NCBI GenBank assembly: GCA_002633005.1
Contig: NMRA01000145.1
Coordinates: 45,785-109,784 of the forward strand
Origin: Phoronis australis
Taxonomy: Eukaryota > Animalia > Phoronida
Direction of reading: 5' to 3'
DNA: 64,000 nt
Part shown: piece by piece, positions 22,993-37,435 of the stretch
Numbering within the stretch: the first letter of the stretch is position 1
Layout: every line of letters begins with the position of its first letter
Program-made: the position numbers and the translations under genes
Notes under the pieces: model-generated
What the model was told of the DNA's origin: nothing
The model's database searches: none
Seen by the model: the letters and a program-made list of their open reading frames with translations, nothing else

Positions 22993-25900
22993 CTGAAACA
23001 AGAATGATGAAATTACATTTCAACCAATTAACACTGGAAGCTGTTACGTAATGTTAAATGCTGTTCTAGCATCATGAAACATTTCACAAATGGAATATCA
23101 GTAACAATTCCACTTGGCATCAAGCTTACTATTGTGACAGAAAAAATCTCACCAAATATCTAAGTCTGTTATGTATGTCATGCCGCTTCGACACCGATGT
23201 AATACAATTTCTCTCATTCATGAAAACTTTAACACATAGGATATTTTGCATAAATCATTTGAGTATTCCATTGTGCAACAGTCATAATCTAATGGCATAA
23301 AATGCAGAAAAGTGACAAGATTAATCCCACTACATTGAAACTCTATCCAAGTTACATGTGAACTGTAAGTAGCACTGAGCATTCCCTCACAGAGTACTCC
23401 ATCCCATATCATATATAATATGGTAAAGTTTCTTCAAATGGTGGAACAGTAAAATTTGATTTAATCAAAATTTAACAAGTCAGTAAACAAGACAATTTTA
23501 CTTGATTATTTGAAAGTTGTATGTAGCACGGCAGTGTCATCAACAAACACGCAATTATATTTTGAATACTTTAAGCAATACAGTGAGCGTCTGAAAAATT
23601 ACCAATTTGGACATTATTTTTGTTCAAATTTGAGGAAAGTTCATTGTACAACCACCGACAATTGAGGTACTAACCATCGGTCTAGAACCCAATTAGCATG
23701 TAAAAGCCCAAGCCTGGTAACACCAGTAATACCTTGTTAAATAGGTTCTGATTGGAGCGTGACATATGTACACAACCACGCTGACTGTTGGCTGGTACTA
23801 AAAAATCCTCACAGCTACGTCTTCCATTTTGTTGTATTTTGAAAGACAAATTCATTTTTTCGTCCTACGAGGTGTAAGAGCGATTCTGTGTTCTTTGGCA
23901 GCAAAGGCTGGCCATGTTTCGAGAATACCTCAAAGCGCGTAATAATTTCTGTGGATCATTTGATGGATGTAAGTCATAGCGAAATGTTCAATTTACGAAA
24001 TAAATGACCATACACCAGACGAATAATGTGCTGGTGTTTCTTTTGCAGTATTTCTAAAAAGCAACTGTTGCTCGAAAAGTCCTATGGAATTGAAAATAGA
24101 ACGGAGTAATTTATTGTGCAGTAGTACTTCGGTGACCTAGTTTAAGGCATGGCAAGTGTGGGTCGGTCGCCCATGTGGGGCAGTTGTAGCGTTTTGAGAA
24201 GTGATTATCTTACCGTGTCAGAATTGTCATATACTCTGCATCGCAATATTGCCCAACGTGCTTGTAACGCGCTGAATCACCTGATTCCTGATAAGCCCGT
24301 GGCGATTATAAGCAGTATTTACATTAGCCAACAAAGAATGGAGGATATGTCCAATTTTTACGAGGAACTCATATTATAGTAAGGACTTTCATTGTGCATG
24401 GTGCGATTTATGAGATGAAAGAGATCTATGAAGTTAACTGGCAATGAACTGGAATTAGTACATTGTATGTGTGCCGGTGATGAGTGATTGAGGTTGATTC
24501 GTATTTGCTTGATCCGACTGGTGGTTCACACATACAAGCTCAGCTGAGACTCCAGCTAAATGATAAGCTTATGTTATTTGTGATCCACCTTTTTAGTTTC
24601 CGTGAGCTAGGAAAAACAATTAGAGGAATTTGTAATAAATACCAACCACAGTACCGACGTCATGAAATCGATGTGAATAGTGCAGGACTTTCCCCGATAC
24701 AATTTTTGTTTATACTTGAAGCAAAACTGGAGTTCTAACCATTTATTTTGTATAAATCATGTACATGTACATTGTACATGCACAAAAACTTGTTTTTGGT
24801 TTATGACTTCAAATAAAACATGTTTGCATTTTGATTTTCTTGTTCTTGGTAAAGGTAATAGGTTTGTTGAGTGCATAAAGATATTTGATGAACGTAAATC
24901 ATAGATAACACTCTAAATTGCAGCAAAAGCTTTTATTGTTCTAACGAAGAGGATGGTACCAAACTATGCGGTTTATATCTAACCAATAATGTTACATTGT
25001 TTGAATAATTTTTTCTTGACACATTTCCACATTTCTGACAATAAATGACCAAAATTGAAAAATATTACTTTCGTAATATCATGTATCATAATGTTCCAAC
25101 ATTACCTGTAATTTTTTTAAAAGCACAGAATGGAGAGCTTCTTTTGAAAGACAAGATTTGCTAGGAATCTAGATTTGTCACCTACAGAGCACCTGGAAGT
25201 AGTTCCATTAGCAAATGGATCTACTTTCCAGTGCACTGGACCGAGACATGATCACATAATCGCCCAGCTGTGAAGGCCTATGATGTGTATTCCTTTTCAG
25301 ACTTGTACAAAAGAGAATCTGTGAATAGACTTTCCAGCCCTTATCAATGGGTTGTCAATGCTTCACTGCATGGGTCCTGAGTAAGAGGAGAGTTCCACTT
25401 GTATCTTAAAATAACCTTTTTTATTATCCATTTAAGTTAACCTTTCTTGTCAGGGTTAATGACCACAGTGCGGTACTGAGATTAAATTTCATATGCAATA
25501 TGCAGAGCCTGGGGGGGGGGGGACATCAGTCAAGAGTCAAACAAACCATAGTAGGAGAGTAAGGGAATTTTCTCCCCCAAAAAGTACGAGACGAATGTTC
25601 ACAAAGACACCCTCAGGTGTTTTCATGAAAGTCTTGACGATATCAACTGCCCAGGGAATGGGTATTCTGGGCAAAGGTCTCAAAAAGCAGAAATTTCATT
25701 GGCAGGTGGTAAGCTAGACATGTGTGTGATCTGGACAACAGTGCTTGACTTCTTTATCCAACTTGATCAACAACATAAAATTGTTGCACTTAGTCAATAT
25801 GACATGGGTGGAATTTTTAGTCATTCACCAACAAAGATTAACAATAGACCTATCGCAAGGTCTTCCCCCGCACAAAAAGTTTAAAAACAAACAATAAGTT

Positions 25901-26299
25901 TTACTCGACAACGTGTTATTTGTCGGGTAAAATGGCAGCTTGGAAATGAGGGTGTGTCAAGAATGTTAGATTCTGATTGCTCAGTTAAGCTGTCACTCAA
26001 AATCCTGGCAATAGGTCAATTGTCAAGCAACCATAATGCTTCATGAGAGCCTTAGTATCAGTCAACAGCTGATTCGTGGAAGATGTTTTCAATGAAGCCT
26101 GTGTTCTTTAAGAAAATGGACATTTTCTATTCATTCCCACGCACTAAGTTAGAAGTGTAGTGTTTAGTAAGTATTGTTCGTTAACACCGGCAACATGTAT
26201 GAATTGTAATAATGATATGTATTCAGGTCGAACTGGGCTTAATTATTGCTCACTTCATAATAAATGAGACCTAACAATTAACAAAAATAATCAACATGA

Positions 26300-26560
26300 C
26301 ATCAATGCTCGTACTCTGGTTTAACAAACTTCGCAAATTGTCCAGGAAAAGGCTGTTAGACCTTCTAACTCTGCTGTAGGCTGGAAAGTTAATAAATACT
26401 TGGATATTTCAAGAAATAAACTTGTTCCAAGTGAATCACATGATGAACAAACAAATACAAAATGTAGCTCACCTTCAAATGGGTTCGAGTTGCAACTTAC
26501 AGTACATAACATCCAAAGAAGTGTGTACATAAAGCGACCAGTTTCTACATGGGGGGCCAT
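26300..26560 (-). mobile_element. Degenerate LINE ORF2 C-terminal CCHC remnant
   Basis: VETGRF...LC...C...EGELHFVFVC pattern. Confidence 0.55.
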
Positions 26561-28007
26561 GGTTCAAGCCCTAGGTTGGGCCAGTTAGGGAATGCATATG
26601 ATGACGACACCAAGGTGCTTGCCCCTTTAACCTCAAACCTTATTCATAAAATTCATGAATGAACTGAGTCCGAGTCGCTGAACTGCCTGACTTAGTGTTT
26701 GCTATTACGTAGCAAGTTGTTAAAAAAGATAAATCCTGCCAGCATTTCATTATTTTGATAATTTGAAATTTCATTGTTTCAATCTTGTGATCACGATGTG
26801 CTTTAACTACCCACTAGATTTCTATTGTCTACTTTGTACTTGGTTTCTTGATATTATTCTCCTCGGTGCGTGGTGTGTATACAATGAACTGTTGGCATAC
26901 TAACAGCTGGCTCTGCCTTCTGACCTAGATAAAACAAGGTAAATGAAACCCCACGTAGAAAGTTAAAATATTCTAGTGATAATTACGTTGATTACACACT
27001 GCAAATTCAGTTGACAATGCAAGTGAATGTTGAAAAAGCAAACATGGGCAAGGCATGTAGAGAGTGACCGAAAACAAGTTTTCACCGAATAATTTGCCAA
27101 AGACCTACAGACTTTCATCCTCACTACTTTTTGAATTAGCTTAAATTTCTCGGCAAATCAACTCAATTTGAACTTAGAAACACTAGTTCTTGAAAATGGC
27201 TCGGTGGATTTCACTTAATATTTATTCATCAATCTCAAAAACACTGCTATGATTTCCGATTTTATGGCCTAGTTTTTGCATAATGTAACAAAGAGGAATA
27301 CATCTGCTATTTTTTAAAAAAATGCCTTGTTTTGCGAGTTGATTTGTCACAAAAACCCAACTAAGAGACTAATTGAAACTTAAACTCTTAACAATGTTTT
27401 TCAAGTAACTGGTGAAGTTTTCATTTACAAAAGGTTTCATTAGAATCCACCGAGGCAATATTTTGCTATGAAAGAACCTTTGTTAAAAATGAAATCTTGA
27501 CTTAAAAAAGTGTTACTATAATAATAATAATAATGGCACATAAATACACAAAACATACCGAGAGTGGCGTACGTGAAGTAATATCCCATTACTCTGCGTA
27601 TTGACGGAGACCGAAGGTCGATACGCGGAATAATGTTGCAACTGTATTACTTTAAACTATATTCGTAAAGTTTGATGATCGAACCGGCTGAAGACATTGA
27701 GTCGACATTGACCTACCTTTTGAACTTCGATGTTGAAGTAGTGCAGGAGGTGAATATGGAAAACTTTATCACATGGCGGTATTTCCCTCAACAGATTCAA
27801 CGCGCGTGGGATAAATACAAAATATAATTTTGTAATCCCGATCTTTTTTCTTTTGTTGACAAATCATGTTTTTTATATAAGAATTAGAATGGAGGCCACT
27901 AAGGTTTGAGATAATTTAAGCCAAGGGAAAGTCAGACATGACTTAACCAAATGCCTATTGCGTTTCAACAACAACCATTAGGTTTGACCCTGAAGTACCC
28001 TGTGATA

Positions 28008-28250
28008 TACCGTAATCGTTCGGGTTAACGCCCATGCTCAGTTAACCGCCCACCCCTACTTTAGGTGGATTTTCGATTTAACCGCCCACTGCTCGGTTAA
28101 CCGCCCCCCTGCTATTTTTGAAGATTTCCAATTAAGCGCCCACCTCTCGGTTAAGCGCCCATGCCCTACTTTTGATGATTGGTGATTACCGCCCTGTGCT
28201 AATAGGAAACGCGAATCCCCGTCCTTTTAGATTAAGATCGATGATAACAT
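28008..28250 (+). mobile_element. Tc1/pogo-like MITE left end
   Basis: taccgta terminus followed by repeated ttaaccgccc/ttaagcgccc subterminal boxes. Confidence 0.55.
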
Positions 28251-28776
28251 TGAGTGCAACGACGGCCTCAGAGACCGCGGTTTAGCAATGTGAATTATGA
28301 TACCAGTAACAAATTATTGTAACGGGTCATCGATTAACTTCAAAATGTAATACTTGAACACTTTGTCACTTCCTTTTCTTCTCATGTTCGCAAACTTTAG
28401 GAACCGCGCTGGCGTCTACACCTCCACTTTCAGTCACTATCTCTGCCGCACTGAGTTATCGACTACAGTGCACTATATAAAAGATGCATTCGAAATAACC
28501 AGGTCAGAGAAATGTGACATTGGTTTTGCCAACCCTCTCAATGCGCTTTAGGTTGTAAGCTCNATGATTTCACTTTTATCCCCTATTTCCAATGAAAGCG
28601 GTGTCAGTGGCATTGATAAATTCAATTAAACTATCAGTTACCCAATGTGTTTCATGCTAAATATGCTATCACACCTGAGAAACATTTTGGTTTTTGACCG
28701 TGAGAAATTGGCTTAGGTCACTGCCTTATCACACTACTTGAAATAGAAAAACCACTGGCCTGGAAAGGAGGGGATG

Positions 28777-31700
28777 TTTATGCATTTTTGATGACTAACA
28801 TAAGATGTGATTGAAGGAAGTGAAATATTACTTTAATCAACTAAATTGAAAAACATTATGGATCAAGTGCAAACAGTTTCACAAGCTCACTCATTAAAAC
28901 TGAAAAAATCACCTGGCAGTGCACGTCTATAACTTGGACACGAGTGGATTTTGAGATGACAAAGTGACATTACTGAAAGGTATGTACTTGCAATATAGCT
29001 AAACAAGGGAGTGGTAGGTGAAGGGGGTTGGTGACGCATTTCATGCATGTAAAAGTACCGATTTCGTGAATCGTGACCACATTTTTTCACGTTGTCATGA
29101 AAGCAGAATTTAATGTTAAGCCACAATGCCTCCTTCCATCAAAAGGGATACTAGCTGGTCTGAACCTTATCAAGGTTATAACCATTATGAGAAATTAGTC
29201 TTTGAATCACAATCATAAGGACTGTTTCCATTAGAGCATAAGGCATCATGCGTGACGCATGAAGTGCAACACGTTAAGCGGAACGCACTTAAATTGCTTC
29301 ATTACAAACGGGCAACTGAAAATGTGAAAATGCATTGGTTATAGCAATGGTTATATGCATTATGCATTTAAATACAGGAACATAGACTTGAGTCATGTTG
29401 CCACCGACAAGCAATGCAAGGTATTTTTAATCACCAAATGGATGCAACAGCAAATGTCAAAATCAAGCATTAAAACTGTGTCTCAAAAATACTGAATCTA
29501 CAGATTTTTCAAGAAATTCTACCAATATTCAAAGTGACTAGTTCTCATTCCAGCATCACCAAGAAGTAAATTTGCCACAATCTAGGTATTTTTACGAGGC
29601 TTCGCTTTCCAGGCCTCCTTAATCAAAATATTTAACAATTAAGTTTAATATGTAAGGTTTAACGAACAACCAAAACTTATTCGTACAACACGATGTGTAC
29701 AATATTTTTGAAATTATATGCATTTTGATGAAGTTACGCCCAAATTTGTTGAGAAATTAAATAATAGACATTTTACAAAGTGTTAAAAAATCACTATCAT
29801 AGCCTCTAATGCAGGTACAGTGATTTAAGACTGCTTAATCCACAAATAATTGATACGAAGTATGTGTCAATATTTAGTCTCATTTCTCACACCCTCACTG
29901 ATCTTGAATCATCCAACAATTTGTTAAACTAATTTATACACATGAACACTTCTATTTGAACCACAATGAGGTTGTCACAACAACACAGTACAACTCCTAA
30001 TTCACAGCAGTGGCCAAACAACTGCGACTAAAACCTGCAGGACTGCAAGTGAATTCATTACTGAATTTGAATCTGTGCCAGTGCAGAAAAACAGTGGTCC
30101 CATTTTGGGTGAGTTTATTTACATTTAGAATTATGATCAGTGTATGATGATCAATAAAAAAAAAACAGGATCATAAATCACAACATAGACCTTGACAGAT
30201 CAATTTAATTCTGGTACAACTGCGTAGTTAACAGACCCCAAAGTAATTGGTATTTGATGTTTGGTTCATCAGAGTTATTGTACCGGTAAGATAACATCTC
30301 GAAAATGTTTTTTGCATGTATAATCTTGTAAAATAATGAGTAGTGTAGTATTGGATCATTAATGAATAAAAAGCTCACAGTGCTTGAAAGATGACTATTA
30401 GAATACACATATCAATTTTCCAACTAAAACTCTCAGCAAATTTCATGAAGTCAAAAATCTAGTAGAGATTTAGATGTTAAAGGACAGAATTATTAAAATT
30501 TACAAGTTTCTGTAATATTTCAATCCAAACATCATTTAAAGAGAATGCATAACATACTGAAGTTAGCTGAATAAAGAAGACTTAATTCACAGCAAAGAGA
30601 GTTTTAGAAGTCAGCCACAACAGCCTTTTAACAAAATGATCAAATAACGTGGGAAAAGTATTATCTTCTTACTTCTGTGACACTACATAAAACAAAAATA
30701 GAGAACTGATGGATTTTATTTTCACAAATCAAAAAAAAAACTTTAGATTAAAGCATATGCATATACCAATTATTTTCATTACAATTCTAGGATACACCTA
30801 ATACAGAGAAGAGGTCCCCAAAATGAATACAACAGCAATGAATTACACACTCCGAACATCATGGAGCACCTGGTCAATCTACTGCTACAGTGTCCTTGCT
30901 GTTGCCATTGTCATCACAAATGGCATACTCATCACTGTAATTGGCAGCACGAAATCGCTTCATGTCAACCGACACATATACGTGTTCGCTCTTGGATTGG
31001 CAGACTTCAGTGTTGGATTAATTGCTATACCCATTATACTGATAGCTACCGAGATCAAACTAACCGACAATCCATACTACTGTCTAGCAATGCTTAGCGT
31101 GAACTTCTATTCAACATTTCTGTCAGTAGGCGTATTATTCCTTCTCGCACTTGACAGGTGCTTTTTCATCACCAAACCATTACGGTACCGCACATGGATG
31201 ACAAGATTCAAGACTATCATGGCACTTGTAACAGTCAACACCAGTATATTTCTGTGGGGCTTTGCGCCACTTTTCGGATGGAACAAACTTTCACTTGGCC
31301 TCATAACAATGGAGAATCTATACTGCTCCCCACAACATATTGTGATGCCAACCTATGTTTTGGCATCATTAGTTATTTACTTCATTCTGCAGAGCATACA
31401 GATCACCTGTTTCGCATTCATAGCCTACACNGTTTATGCATTTTTGATGACTAACATAAGATGTGATTGAAGGAAGTGAAATATTACTTTAATCAACTAA
31501 ATTGAAAAACATTATGGCCATCAAGTACAAACAGTTTCACAAGCTCACTCATTAAAACTGAAAAAATCACCTAGCAGTGCATGTCTATAACTTGGACACG
31601 AGTGGATTTTGAGATGACAAACTGACATTACTAAAAGGTATGTACTTGCAAATCATAGCTAAACAAGGGAGTGGTAGGTGAATGGGGTTAGTGACGCAGT

Positions 31701-34126
31701 TCATGCATGTAAAACTACCGATTTCGTGAATCATGACCACATTTTTTCATGCTGTCATGAAAGCAGAATTTGATGTTAAGCCATATTGCCTCCTTCCATC
31801 AAAAGGGATACCTGGTCTGTACCTTATCAAGGTAATAACCATTATGAGAAAGTAGTCTTTGAATCACAATCATAAGGACTGTTTCCATTAGAGCATAAGG
31901 CATCATGCGTGACGCATGAAGTGCAACATGTTAAGCGGAACGCACTTAAATTGCTTCATTACAAACGGGCAACTGAAAATGTGAAAATGTGAAAATGCAT
32001 TGGTTATTGCAATGGTTATATGCATTATGCATTTAAATACAAGAACGTAGACTTGAGTCATGTTGCCACCGACAAGCACTGCAAGGTATTTTTAATCACC
32101 AAATGGATGCAACAGAAAATGTCAAAATCAAGCATTAAAACTGGGTTGGTATGAAAGTTAAGATTTCGTCTGTGTCTCAAAAATACTGAATCTACAGATT
32201 TTTCAAGAAATTTTACCAAAATTAAAAGTGAATAGCTCTCATTTCAGCATCACCAAGAAGTAAATTTGCCACAATCTAGGTATTTTTACGACGCTTCGCT
32301 TTCCAGGCCTCTTTAATAAAAATATTTAACAAGTTCAATATGTAAGGTTTAACGAACAACCAAAACTTATTTGTACAACACAATGTGTACAATATTTTTG
32401 AAATTATACACATTTTGATGAAGTTACGTCCAAATTTGTTGAGAAATTGAATAATAGACATTTTACAAAGTGTTAAAAAATCATTATCATTGCCTCTAAT
32501 GCAGGTACAGTGATTTAAGACTGCTTAATCCACAAATAATTGATACGAAGTATATGTCAATATTTAGTCTCAATTCTCACACCCTCACTGATCTTGAATC
32601 ATCCAACAATTTGTTAAACTAATTTATACACATGAACACTTCTATTTGAACCACAATGAGGTTGAAAGATAGAGGGGCTTTTGTCACAACAACACAGTAC
32701 AACTCCTAATTCACAGCAGTGGCCAAACAACTGTGACTAAAACCTGCAGGACTGCAAGTGAATTCATTACTAAATTTGAATCTGTGCCAGTGCAGAAAAA
32801 CAGTGGTCCCATTTTGGGTGAGTTTATTTACATTTAGAATTATGATCAGTGTATGATGATCAATAAAAAAACAGGATCATAAATCACAACATAGACCTTG
32901 ACAGATCAATTTAATTCTGGTACAACTGCATAGTTAACAGACCCCAAAGTAATTGGTATTTGATGTTTGGTTCATCAGAGTTATTGTAAGATAGCATCTC
33001 GAAAATGTTTTGCATGTGTAATCTTGTAAAATAATATGAGTAGTGTAGTATTGGATCATTAATGAATAAAAAGCCCACAGTGCTTGAAAGATGACTATTA
33101 GAATACACCTATCAATTTTCCAACTAAAACCCTCAGCAAATTTCATGAAGTCAAAAATCTAGTAGAGATTTAGATGTTAAAAAGGATAGAATTATTAAAA
33201 TTTACAAGTTTCTGTGATATTTCAATCCAGACATCATTTAAAGAGAATGCATAACATACTGAAGTTACTTGAATAAAGAAGATTTAATTCACGGCAAGAG
33301 TGTATTAGAAGTCAGCCACAACAACCTTTTTACAAAATGATCAAATAACATGGGGAAAGTATATCTTCTTACTTCTATGATACTACATAAAACAAAAATA
33401 GAGGACTGATGGATTTATTTTCACAAATCAAAAAACTAAACTTTAGAAGCATATGCATAAACCAATTATTTTCATTACAATTCTAGGATCCACCTAATAC
33501 AGAGAAGTGGTTCTCAAAATGAATACATCAGCAATGAATTACACACTCCGAACATCATGGAGCACCTGGTCAATCTACTGCTACAGTGTCCTTGCTGTTG
33601 CCATTGTCATCACAAATGGCATACTTATCACTGTGATTGGCAGGACTAAGTCGCTTCACGTCAACCGTCACATATACGTGTTCGCTCTTGGATTGGCAGA
33701 CTTCAGTGTTGGATTAATTGCTATACCCATTATACTGATAGCTACCGAGATCAAACTAACCGACAATCCATACTACTGTCTAGCAATGCTTAGCGTGAAC
33801 TTCTATTCAACATTTCTGTCAGTAGGCGTATTATTCCTTCTCGCACTTGACAGGTGCTTTTTCATCACCAAACCATTACGGTACCGCACATGGATGACAA
33901 GATTCAAGACTATCATGGCACTTGTAACAGTCAACACCAGTATATTTCTGTGGGGCTTTGCGCCACTTTTCGGATGGAACAAACTTTCACTTGGCCTCAT
34001 AACAATGGAGAATCTATACTGCTCCCCACAACATATTGTGATGCCAACCTATGTTTTGGCATCATTAGTTATTTACTTCATTCTGCAGAGCATACAGATC
34101 ACCTGTTTCGCATTCATAGCCTACAC
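28777..34126 (+). repeat. About 2.7 kb near-identical direct repeat (28777-31430 vs 31432-34126), joined by a single n
   Basis: gtttatgcatttttgatgactaacataag starts both units; they are colinear with scattered SNPs and indels. Confidence 0.9.
30823..31430 (+). CDS. Class A GPCR, array copy 1; truncated after TM5 at an assembly join (n at 31431)
   Basis: TN-G (TM1), LADF (TM2), DRC, PLRY, PLFGWN. Nearly identical to copy 2; the sequence after the n restarts the upstream flank. Confidence 0.75.
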
Positions 34127-34517
34127 CGCCTGGCGACACAGAAAGAATATTAACAAGATGAGATCCTCTACACAAACTCTGACCAATCGACCATCAATAA
34201 GCCTACGAGCAACTATAGTGCTAGCACTGCTAGTCTTTACATCTGCAGCTGGTTGGATTCCACTAATGTTTATACAGGCAGACTATTATGGTTGGTTCAC
34301 ATCTCAAAAGGATACTGCAGAGTTTCATTTGGACACAGAGAGGGACGTATTGTTACTAATTGCATTTTTGACATCACTGATAAACCCACTAGTCTATGGG
34401 TTTGGAACCAAGGCAGTAAATGAAGCTACCCTGAAGATGTTCTACAGTAAATGCTGCAGAAGAGAGACATCAGATCAAACAGACAATACAGAAGTTTCTA
34501 TAGTTACAACGTTGTGA
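33519..34517 (+). CDS. Class A (rhodopsin-like) orphan GPCR, array copy 2; loosely GPR119/adenosine-receptor-like
   Basis: Seven hydrophobic segments; LADF, C3.25 plus ECL2 Cys, DRC, PLFGWN, GWIP, INPLVY; ATG at 33519, just downstream of an acceptor. Confidence 0.93.
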   Translation: MNTSAMNYTLRTSWSTWSIYCYSVLAVAIVITNGILITVIGRTKSLHVNRHIYVFALGLADFSVGLIAIPIILIATEIKLTDNPYYCLAMLSVNFYSTFLSVGVLFLLALDRCFFITKPLRYRTWMTRFKTIMALVTVNTSIFLWGFAPLFGWNKLSLGLITMENLYCSPQHIVMPTYVLASLVIYFILQSIQITCFAFIAYTAWRHRKNINKMRSSTQTLTNRPSISLRATIVLALLVFTSAAGWIPLMFIQADYYGWFTSQKDTAEFHLDTERDVLLLIAFLTSLINPLVYGFGTKAVNEATLKMFYSKCCRRETSDQTDNTEVSIVTTL

Positions 34518-35924
34518 AAACAGTCACACGTGCACATGACCCAAAACGATCACAATGCATCATATTAAACATTTTGACACAGACTCCAGTGTCACCAGAG
34601 GTCAGTCTCGGAGTCATTTAAGTGTATGGTATTGAGAGCAGCCTCTTTCAAGACATATTTGCTATGCTAACGTATAGCAGGAACTGAACAACAATGCTAT
34701 TTAACATAATCTAAGCTAAACAAAGTACAACAGGTCTGCTGTATTCATTGACAACTGTCTTGTAAATGTGGAAACAAAAAATTCTGCACATGTCCTTTGC
34801 ACTAATGACGTACTTCGCGGGCTCACATAGCCTGCATCACGCAGTGTTGTTCTCCAGTACCACGTCAAGATACTAACTGCATAGGGTTCAGTGATATGCG
34901 GCGAATCATTTTTGCCACAAAACTGATCTCTTAAACAGTTTGGCAATTTCCAACCCACTTTATATTGACATCATTACAATATGTGTTTCTAACTAATTTG
35001 GCCAGACAATCACAGAGATAAGGATAAAGCCTGCAAGTTCCACTTTAATGCTCATCTGGCAGAGAATATACCGAACTGCACCATCTTTCCTTAACTTCGG
35101 CATGCCAAGGAACTCATAAGGATTACGAAGATGAAGAAGTCAAGAGAGTGGTTGGAGAAGTAATCCATGGGATACACCAGGACTAAGAGTAAATAGTGAC
35201 AGGTACGGAAACAGCACTGGGAGTAAGAGTGATTGGATCATTGACTCATGGAATGTATCTCTTCCACATAGTGCTGCAAGGGATGCTGTTGTGCATTCAA
35301 GATCTAGACCAATGCAAAACCTCAAGGTAATGGACAATAGATATGGATGGACCTCAGATAATGCATGGAACACCACAAATGCTTACATCAAAGAGAAAAA
35401 AAACGTGACTGCCATCTTGGGACAATGACAGCAAGTGCTGCCAACTATGGTAGAAATTATGAAGAATTGGCAAACATGTTCAAACATCTTGAATTGGGAC
35501 ATTTCCTAATTTTTTACAGATATGGTGACTGTAAGTTAATGCCAAGCCAATGGACTTATTTATACTCTAGATGTGTTGGACTATGATCCAAATTAGTGCC
35601 AAAAATGTTTGAGTGACACAAAAAACATACAGAAACCTCAAATGATAAGTGAAGTACAGTAATGTTTCTTTAATTTAGAACACATTATGATGAAATGGTG
35701 ACCATATTATATAAAAACTAACAGGAAAAAATCTTGCATCATATTTGCCCACTTTACATTGTACTGCTGCCCACAACAAACACGTACGTCGTGGTGAAAA
35801 CTTCAACCATGCAACGAAAAACGTGACAACTTTAATGTTAATTGTTTATGTTTGAATTTGAGGAAACTTTACCATCACCTTTTTGTGTCATACTGCACCA
35901 GCGAGTGTTTACTGGTACCAGCAG

Positions 35925-35946
35925 TACACACGTACACACATACACA

Positions 35947-35979
<33 letters not shown>
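35925..35979. repeat. (CA)n microsatellite
   Basis: Direct. Confidence 0.95.
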
Positions 35980-35982
<3 letters not shown>

Positions 35983-37435
35983 CTGTGTGGTTAACAGAGA
36001 CCCAACTGAACACCAATGATTGTGGGTGGTGTTGGTAGCCGTTTAACATAATGGCGTTTTCCCGTAGATCCCAACTTGTTGGATTCTATAACCAGACATC
36101 AAGTTGGGAAGATGACCCCTGTAGCCAATATCATACACAAGTGATTAACTCCATTCTGACATTTATCGGTTGGAGGGCCACCTCTCTTTTGTTTGGTGAT
36201 TGCTCTAACTTCCAATAAGATCATATCTAAGCCTTACTGGGCTGTGCTGTTCAAAATAAAAGTTAAGTCATAACATATTTGAACATACCAATAGTATTTC
36301 TGAATTCTTCGTCAAATGCTGATCATGTTTAGTTTTTGAATCGTCAAAATCGCCTAACTACAACCGAAGCTTAAGGACAATCTACTTCTTCCCAATGTAC
36401 CAATTTGCTCTGGGCTTGTCTGTTCACAGGTGGTCTGTGATAATCCTGGTAGATAATTGGCCTGCCTGTTGTCATACCAGACAAAAGACTGTGCTTGGCA
36501 GTTAACAAAGGAGCTAGACCTTATCACATGCTCACAACCCTCTAGGTCTGGTAAAGTCGCACACGAGAGAACGCCCTAATGAATTAACCGAGGATGCTAG
36601 GGTTATTGGCATAAAGGGATATCTGAGATAAAAAGCCAAACTATATTTGGCATTATATGACTTCAGTGCAGAGTGATACTTTTAACACACCAAAGTCCAA
36701 ATTCAATCATCATGTCTTACAGTTCAAGGCATTCATTAATCTCAGGAATTATAAAGATGTCAGCATTCCGATAATTCCATTTGAAAAACTTCGAAGAAGC
36801 TGCATGGGGAGAACTGATAAGTATGCGAATACTGGCACAAATGAGATTTTTACAGAATATGAAATCACTTATAACTGGAGTTCTGAGTACATAAACATCT
36901 GATTTCAATTAACACTAATGCCACTCCTGTTAATTACCATTTTACAGGGTTTAAAAATTAAGCAACACTTAATCTATACACATCATACAGTTCAATGCTG
37001 TACAGTGAAGACAGACATTGTTTGCAGGCTCTTAGCATTTCTAGAGTCAAAGCAAAGTATAAAGCTTGCTATTTCAGCAGAGGTTGAAAGAAAGTGGTTA
37101 TCTGGTGCTCAAACAAACGGAGGTACCCAACTACGCCTGGATATTTTAAGTGCACAAGACAGGTGAAAAATTTTTGGTAAGTTCACTAACTTAGATTTTA
37201 ACAAAGTAAAATTACATAGCACATAGAAAGCTTGCAGAATTTGATTTTTGACATACCAATCAGACATTAATGGAGTCATGTCACTAAGCCCTTTTATCAA
37301 ATTTTAGCAAAAACTAAAGATATACTGATTGCACACCAACAGTATCAATATCATTGCCAATTTTTTACTGTTATGACTCCAAAATTCAATATAGATTTCT
37401 GCCATCAGCCAATATTTTTATGTTTTGCCCAAGCC

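Noticed and set aside
27587-27635. Hairpin with apparent G-U pairs as a structured RNA
   Set aside because: Both wobble positions are CpG-to-TpG changes, consistent with decay of a palindromic repeat.
28030-28170. Spaced ttaaccgccc repeats as a CRISPR-like array
   Set aside because: Eukaryotic context, short irregular units behind a taccgta terminus; these are transposon subterminal repeats.
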